From the NCBI GenBank assembly GCA_051294375.1, contig CM119269.1, positions 6,523,552 through 6,587,551 on the forward strand: a stretch of 64,000 nucleotides of DNA, written 5' to 3'. The position numbers and the translations under genes were made by a program. Below are positions 59,520 through 64,000 of the stretch, piece by piece; the first letter of the stretch is position 1; every line of letters begins with the position of its first letter. This stretch comes from Paraspadella gotoi (taxonomy: Eukaryota; Animalia; Chaetognatha). Below the pieces are notes generated by a model that saw only the letters and a list, made by a program, of their open reading frames with translations, was not told where the DNA came from and did no database searches.

Positions 59520-62500
59520 CATGCCCCCTAACCGAGGCTGTTGACCCGGTGGGGAGAAGTCTTGAGAATTGTTGAATGTTTTCGTCTTGTCGGGAGGCCT
59601 TGAAGGCATCGACGTGGAAGAATATTTGTCAGTGCCTTGGGACCTGATTTGCTTGAACCGTAACATTGCGGAGAATGCATCTGGGTGGGCGTAGTGCCGG
59701 TGGAGGCGGTGGACGCTACAGGCGGGTGTCTCGGGAGGTGGAGGTAGATTGGTGGGGGGCGTCGCGCGTGGCGCTGTGAGGCGGCGGAAGCGGAACGGAG
59801 GCTGTCAATGACCGCTGGCCTTCCAGGCGGTCGACAGAGATCGTCTGCCACCCATCGTCCTGGTATTTCTACTTTAAAGGTTTTGGTTCTGCTGTCGTTC
59901 AACGACCATGTAGCGGGCCGTTTTCATAGCTGGAATGGCTGGAAGAGGGGTTGAATGCCCCGTCGGCGGCTGGATATAGACGCGCGTGGCGCGGCGAGCG
60001 TCTCTGGAATTTGAGGAGGGTACCTTGTGTGCGCATGGCTGTTGGGAAGAAGGCTGCATAAGAGGCGACATCGCGTGCGTACTCTTCGAGAATGCCCGCG
60101 CTCGGCGTCGGCGTCAAGCGTCAGTCGCCGGGACCGGGAAGTAGCTGTCCTTGGAGCGTCAGCCGTCCTCCCCAGGCGCCTAACTGCGGCCGGGAGATGT
60201 CTGTGTCGTCTCTTGGTGTTGGCACGGAAGGCTGGAGCAGCGTCCGAAGGGAGTTGCTGGAGCCAGTTGTTGCCGAGCGGCTCAACAACGCGCTCGTAGC
60301 GCCGCCTTGAGGGTGCGTTGGAGCCTTTCTACCATACCCATTTGAACTGGGAGGTAGGCCGTCGTAGTGCGGGGTCAAAACCATCACGCACCGATGTGCG
60401 TGCCGACTTGACTGCCAAACAATTCTGACGTAAGATTGCGCGCGCCTGGCTATCTGTCGTGACAACAGCTAGGGACGCCAAACGTGAAGACCCAGTAAAA
60501 GGAGGAAGGGCTATTGGCGATTGAGAAGGCGGAGGTGTCACGCAGTGGCGTCCACTTCCGGCCAGCGGGGTAAAGCGAATCGAGTATGGTGAGTAGGTGG
60601 GTGTGACCGGAAGCAGCAGGCAGTGGGCCAACGAGAGTGACATGACGTGAGCGAAATCGTTTTCGTCGGCGGTTTAGGAATTGTTGAAGGGGGGCGCGGA
60701 CTGTGTCCGCTGGACTTTGGCGCTGCTGGCACGTGTCGCACGGCCTCGGCCCATCGCCCGACGTCACTGAAACAGAGGGCCATACAAAAACGTTTTGAAA
60801 CGAGAGTTTTTGATAGCCTTGATGCCAGGATGGCGCGACGTTAGGGTGGCGTCGAAAACTCCGGCGCATCCATGTCTGCAGGAACAAGAGGGCGTGGCCC
60901 GCGTACTGGAAATGTCCGCACCACAAGAGAGGCGCGGCCGATGTGAATGCATTTAAGGCGGAGCGCAGTGTGGGGATCATTGAAGGAGGACCGATTGACG
61001 TCAATCGCGTTCTCTGATCGGCCGCCATCGCCTCCAGGTTGATGCTGGTTGTGCCAAATGGCGTTGACGGTGGAGACGACCGTCATCTTTGGCACGATCT
61101 TCCTGATTGGATTTGAGCTGAGAGGTGGATGCTGATTGCTGGTGAGATGGCGTGCTTGGTGGGGCGGGAGAGGGGCATGCGGCAACGACATTTGCCTTTC
61201 CAGAAATATGTCTAATTTCGCCTGGTAAATTCAGCAATTCCGCGCGAGTTGATACGTTTGGCGCATCGTGTGTGGTTCCGCCTTTTTCCTGATTGCCGAA
61301 CGAGCCGAGATGTGGTCCGCTGTAGCAACAGTAAAACGCGTCCTTCAACAAAAGGGCGGAAATGGCGAATGGCTGCGTGGGCGGCGTAAAAGTTCCTTGT
61401 CAAAGGAGGCCAATTCTCTGGGAGCGCCTTTTGAGTGACGCTTGAGAAGAACGCCAAGTGCTGCCAGATGTTGCACAAACTTGCCTGCTCCAGGCAGCGC
61501 CAATTGCGACATCAGAGGCATATCGACGGTGAGAGCCAGGGAGCGGCTGTCAATTGGATGAACCAGGAGGGTGGCGTCGCAAGGGCATTTTTGATGGCGA
61601 CAAAAGCGGCTCGTCCTGCGGCGCCGGCCCATTCAAAAGGAGCGGCCGCTTGCCTGTTGGAGGCAGGTCGTGGAGCGGAGAGAGGTGGTGGGTCTGCCAA
61701 TGAGGATGAAACGGTCCTATAATAGTGGTGAGGCAATTCCGCAAAAACCTCTGTATTCGCTTGGTGGTGTGGGACGCGGGCATGCAGCGGATGCATCGAC
61801 CTTTGATTGAAGCTGGTTTGATTCCATGTTGGTCGACTTGATAGCCAAAGAAATCAAGCTAGAGGCGCCCGAAGACAGCAACTTGGCCGCGGTTACGCAA
61901 CGAGGCCATTGTTTGCAAGGGCGTTGAAGACTCCGCTGAGGTCCTCCAGCGGTGCTCTCGCCTGCGAACTTGAAGCTATGAGGAGGTCATCAAGGTAGAA
62001 TAAAGACATGAGGGATGGCCGTTGAGGAACGCGATCCATCAATTCGCTGAAAGTCTTGGGCTGGCATTTTCAGCCCAAAAGCATGGAAAGTTGAACTCAA
62101 TAGTAGACCAAGAGGGGGTAATGGATTGGCAGTCTTGTGGCGTCCTCCCCTTGGCAACGGGGATTTGGATGAGTACCCCTTGCAGAGGTCAATCTTTGAG
62201 AATATTGTTTTACCGCGCGCACGATCTGCATTAAAGTCCATGAGGTTGACGTATGGGGTAGCGGTCAATCAACAGTGGCGCCGTTAAGGCGGCTGTAGTC
62301 CACCCACAAGGGCGGAGGGAGCCGTCTGGGTTTGGCGCGTGAAAAGTGAAGTGGTGATGGCCCAGCAGATGTGGAGCGGCGTATGATGCCAAGCTCCTCC
62401 ATCTTCTGGAATTCTGCTTGGCGGCGGCAAGTTTCTGGGTCTGGGGGCCAAGGCGCCGGGCGGGCGGGCGTAGCGGGCGGGGCCCTTTTGTCGGAGAATC

Positions 62501-64000
62501 GTGAGTGTTCTAACTCCGTGTTTTGGCGGTCGCGGCGTTGAAAGACCAGTTTGTCAGTTTCCGGTCGCCATCATGCGTACCCAAGTAGCGCTGATAGGCG
62601 TCGGCGGACGTGTGGACCGAGGCAGGCGTGGTGTGAGCATTGGCGGAGTGGCCGCAATGACGGTATAGTCATGCGAGGTTTAGGAGGATGCGGCGCGGTT
62701 TGATCGACGCCAAGGTGATGCTCCATCAAGAAAATCGCGCCGAGGATGGGCGGTGGCTAACGTCGGCGATGGCGACGAGGTAAGGGTAGGCTCTGGAACA
62801 AGGCGGATCCTGCAATCTCGCGGATGCCATAAATCTTGATGGGCGTGTTGTTTGGCCGGCGTGGAGGGTAGGGAAGTTGGCGCGGCTGAGAGTGCCGCCT
62901 TAACGGCGGCGGGGTCTTCGGCTGCCTTTTTGCGCGATCAGAGTTTGTGGCAGGGAGGAGGGTGGATCATATCGGAACCACCGTCGTACGAGCCATCCCA
63001 CGCGGCCGGTCAGGGTCGCGCAGATAAAAAAGTTTTAGAGTGAGATTGGCACGGCGAACCGGGGCGACTAGCGGCCGCCGGCAGTTGGCATTTGACGCCA
63101 TGCCTGCAGGATGAACCGCTGCACAGCTGCGTGCTTAGCTCCAAGACGTAGTGAAAGATACATCGACTTTCATTGTGAGGAAAGAGGGTATTGGCACGGA
63201 GTGTGTCTGCTTGGATTGTCGCTTGGCGTTGTTTGTTGTTGTTGAAGGTCGGCGTTGTTGTTGTTGTTTGATTCCTTTAAGCGAGTGGACTTGAAAGGTC
63301 CCGTTTTGACTGCATTGGCGTATGATGTTGGGCGGTTGGAGGCATCGAGTCTGCAACTTCTCTGGGGTTCCAGCGGCTCGTCAGAGTGTCCTCGAAATGC
63401 CGCGTAAAAACCCCAGGCGTTTACCGTTGCTGTTTGGCTTAGAAGTTGCCCAGAAAGGAAGTGAAGAAGGGTGTTGCGGTTTTTGCAACATGTCGAGGTT
63501 GTCTTTCTATCCTTGAGGACCGTGGTCACGGACTGAATGAAGGGAGTGAGCAACAAGGAGAGCCTTTAAGAAATGTCCGTCAATGGTGAGGTTCTGGCTC
63601 TGGGACTTTAGGGCGCAAGTGTTGGAGGGGAGTGCTTCCCTTCAGCGACGCTCATCTTGAGGAGTATGGCGGCGCGTTGGCATCTTGGCATCGCCATAAA
63701 CCTCCTTCAGATGCCTTCACCAACCTTGCCGTAGGCGCCAGCCGCTTTGTCTTTTCTTTATGTCGGGATTTGAGATGGCGATGGCGTCTGTAGGGATCAA
63801 CGCGAAAGGATGTGGTTGCCGTTCTTTGACGCGGTCATGCGACGACGTCGGCAACCTTCAAAGGCGGTGTCGGGCCGCCTCAAGCCATTCATCGAATGTG
63901 TCGGGGTCGAAGTGGAGTCAACTTCGTGTCCTAGGTCCGTGGCGGGCGGCGTCCCCTCGCTGGGGGGCGGTATCGACAGGGGCGTTCCCGTTGGCGCCGG
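59279..64000 (-). mobile_element. Ty3/Gypsy LTR retrotransposon (gag-pol heavily frameshifted; 5' part beyond the window)
   Basis: Motifs in RT-RH-IN order on the minus strand. RT: GKTIFSKIDLCKGY, FGLK, YLDDLLIAS (~61975-62270). RNase H: LTVD, LAFFS, FDKEL, AIRHFRPFVEGR, IRHISGKANVVA (~61180-61540). Integrase: HPGIKA, C..CQ, LVGPLPAASGHTHLLTILD, FTRWPE (~60300-60850). Abrupt shift to high GC. Confidence 0.95.

Noticed and set aside
59403-63556. Numerous short ORFs on both strands treated as separate genes
   Set aside because: They are fragments or shadows of the frameshifted Gypsy gag-pol.

Overview
AT-rich eukaryotic (invertebrate-like) genomic DNA from a gapped draft assembly, with five N-runs and several stretches rich in single-base indels that look like unpolished long-read fill. 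I reconstructed the genes by hand from phase-consistent splice sites. (1) A minus-strand secreted Cys-rich protein gene at 1-3954 that runs off the left edge. (2) A minus-strand, 5'-partial coiled-coil protein gene with at least 14 exons (15230-55318), containing a GC-AG intron, an intronic antisense tRNA-Arg(CCG) and an inferred ~34-kb intron. (3) Nested antisense in that intron, a 2-exon, 758-aa atlastin/GBP-family GTPase with an unusually long helical stalk of about four apparent repeats and a Gly-rich hydrophobic tail. (4) A decayed multi-exon protein kinase in the same intron. Structural features are an ~11.8-kb palindrome (18085-29898) folded on a native imperfect AT-rich hairpin, of which a third, unfolded copy lies at 33202-34078, and a ~3-kb tandem, probably haplotypic, duplication whose second copy carries two private insertions, one of them a Ty3/Gypsy element. 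Mobile DNA includes a TRIM-like mini LTR element, Penelope-type back-to-back hammerhead motifs, DINE/HINE-like elements, LINE fragments and TA-flanked TIR ends. No database searches were run; family assignments rest on motif recognition.
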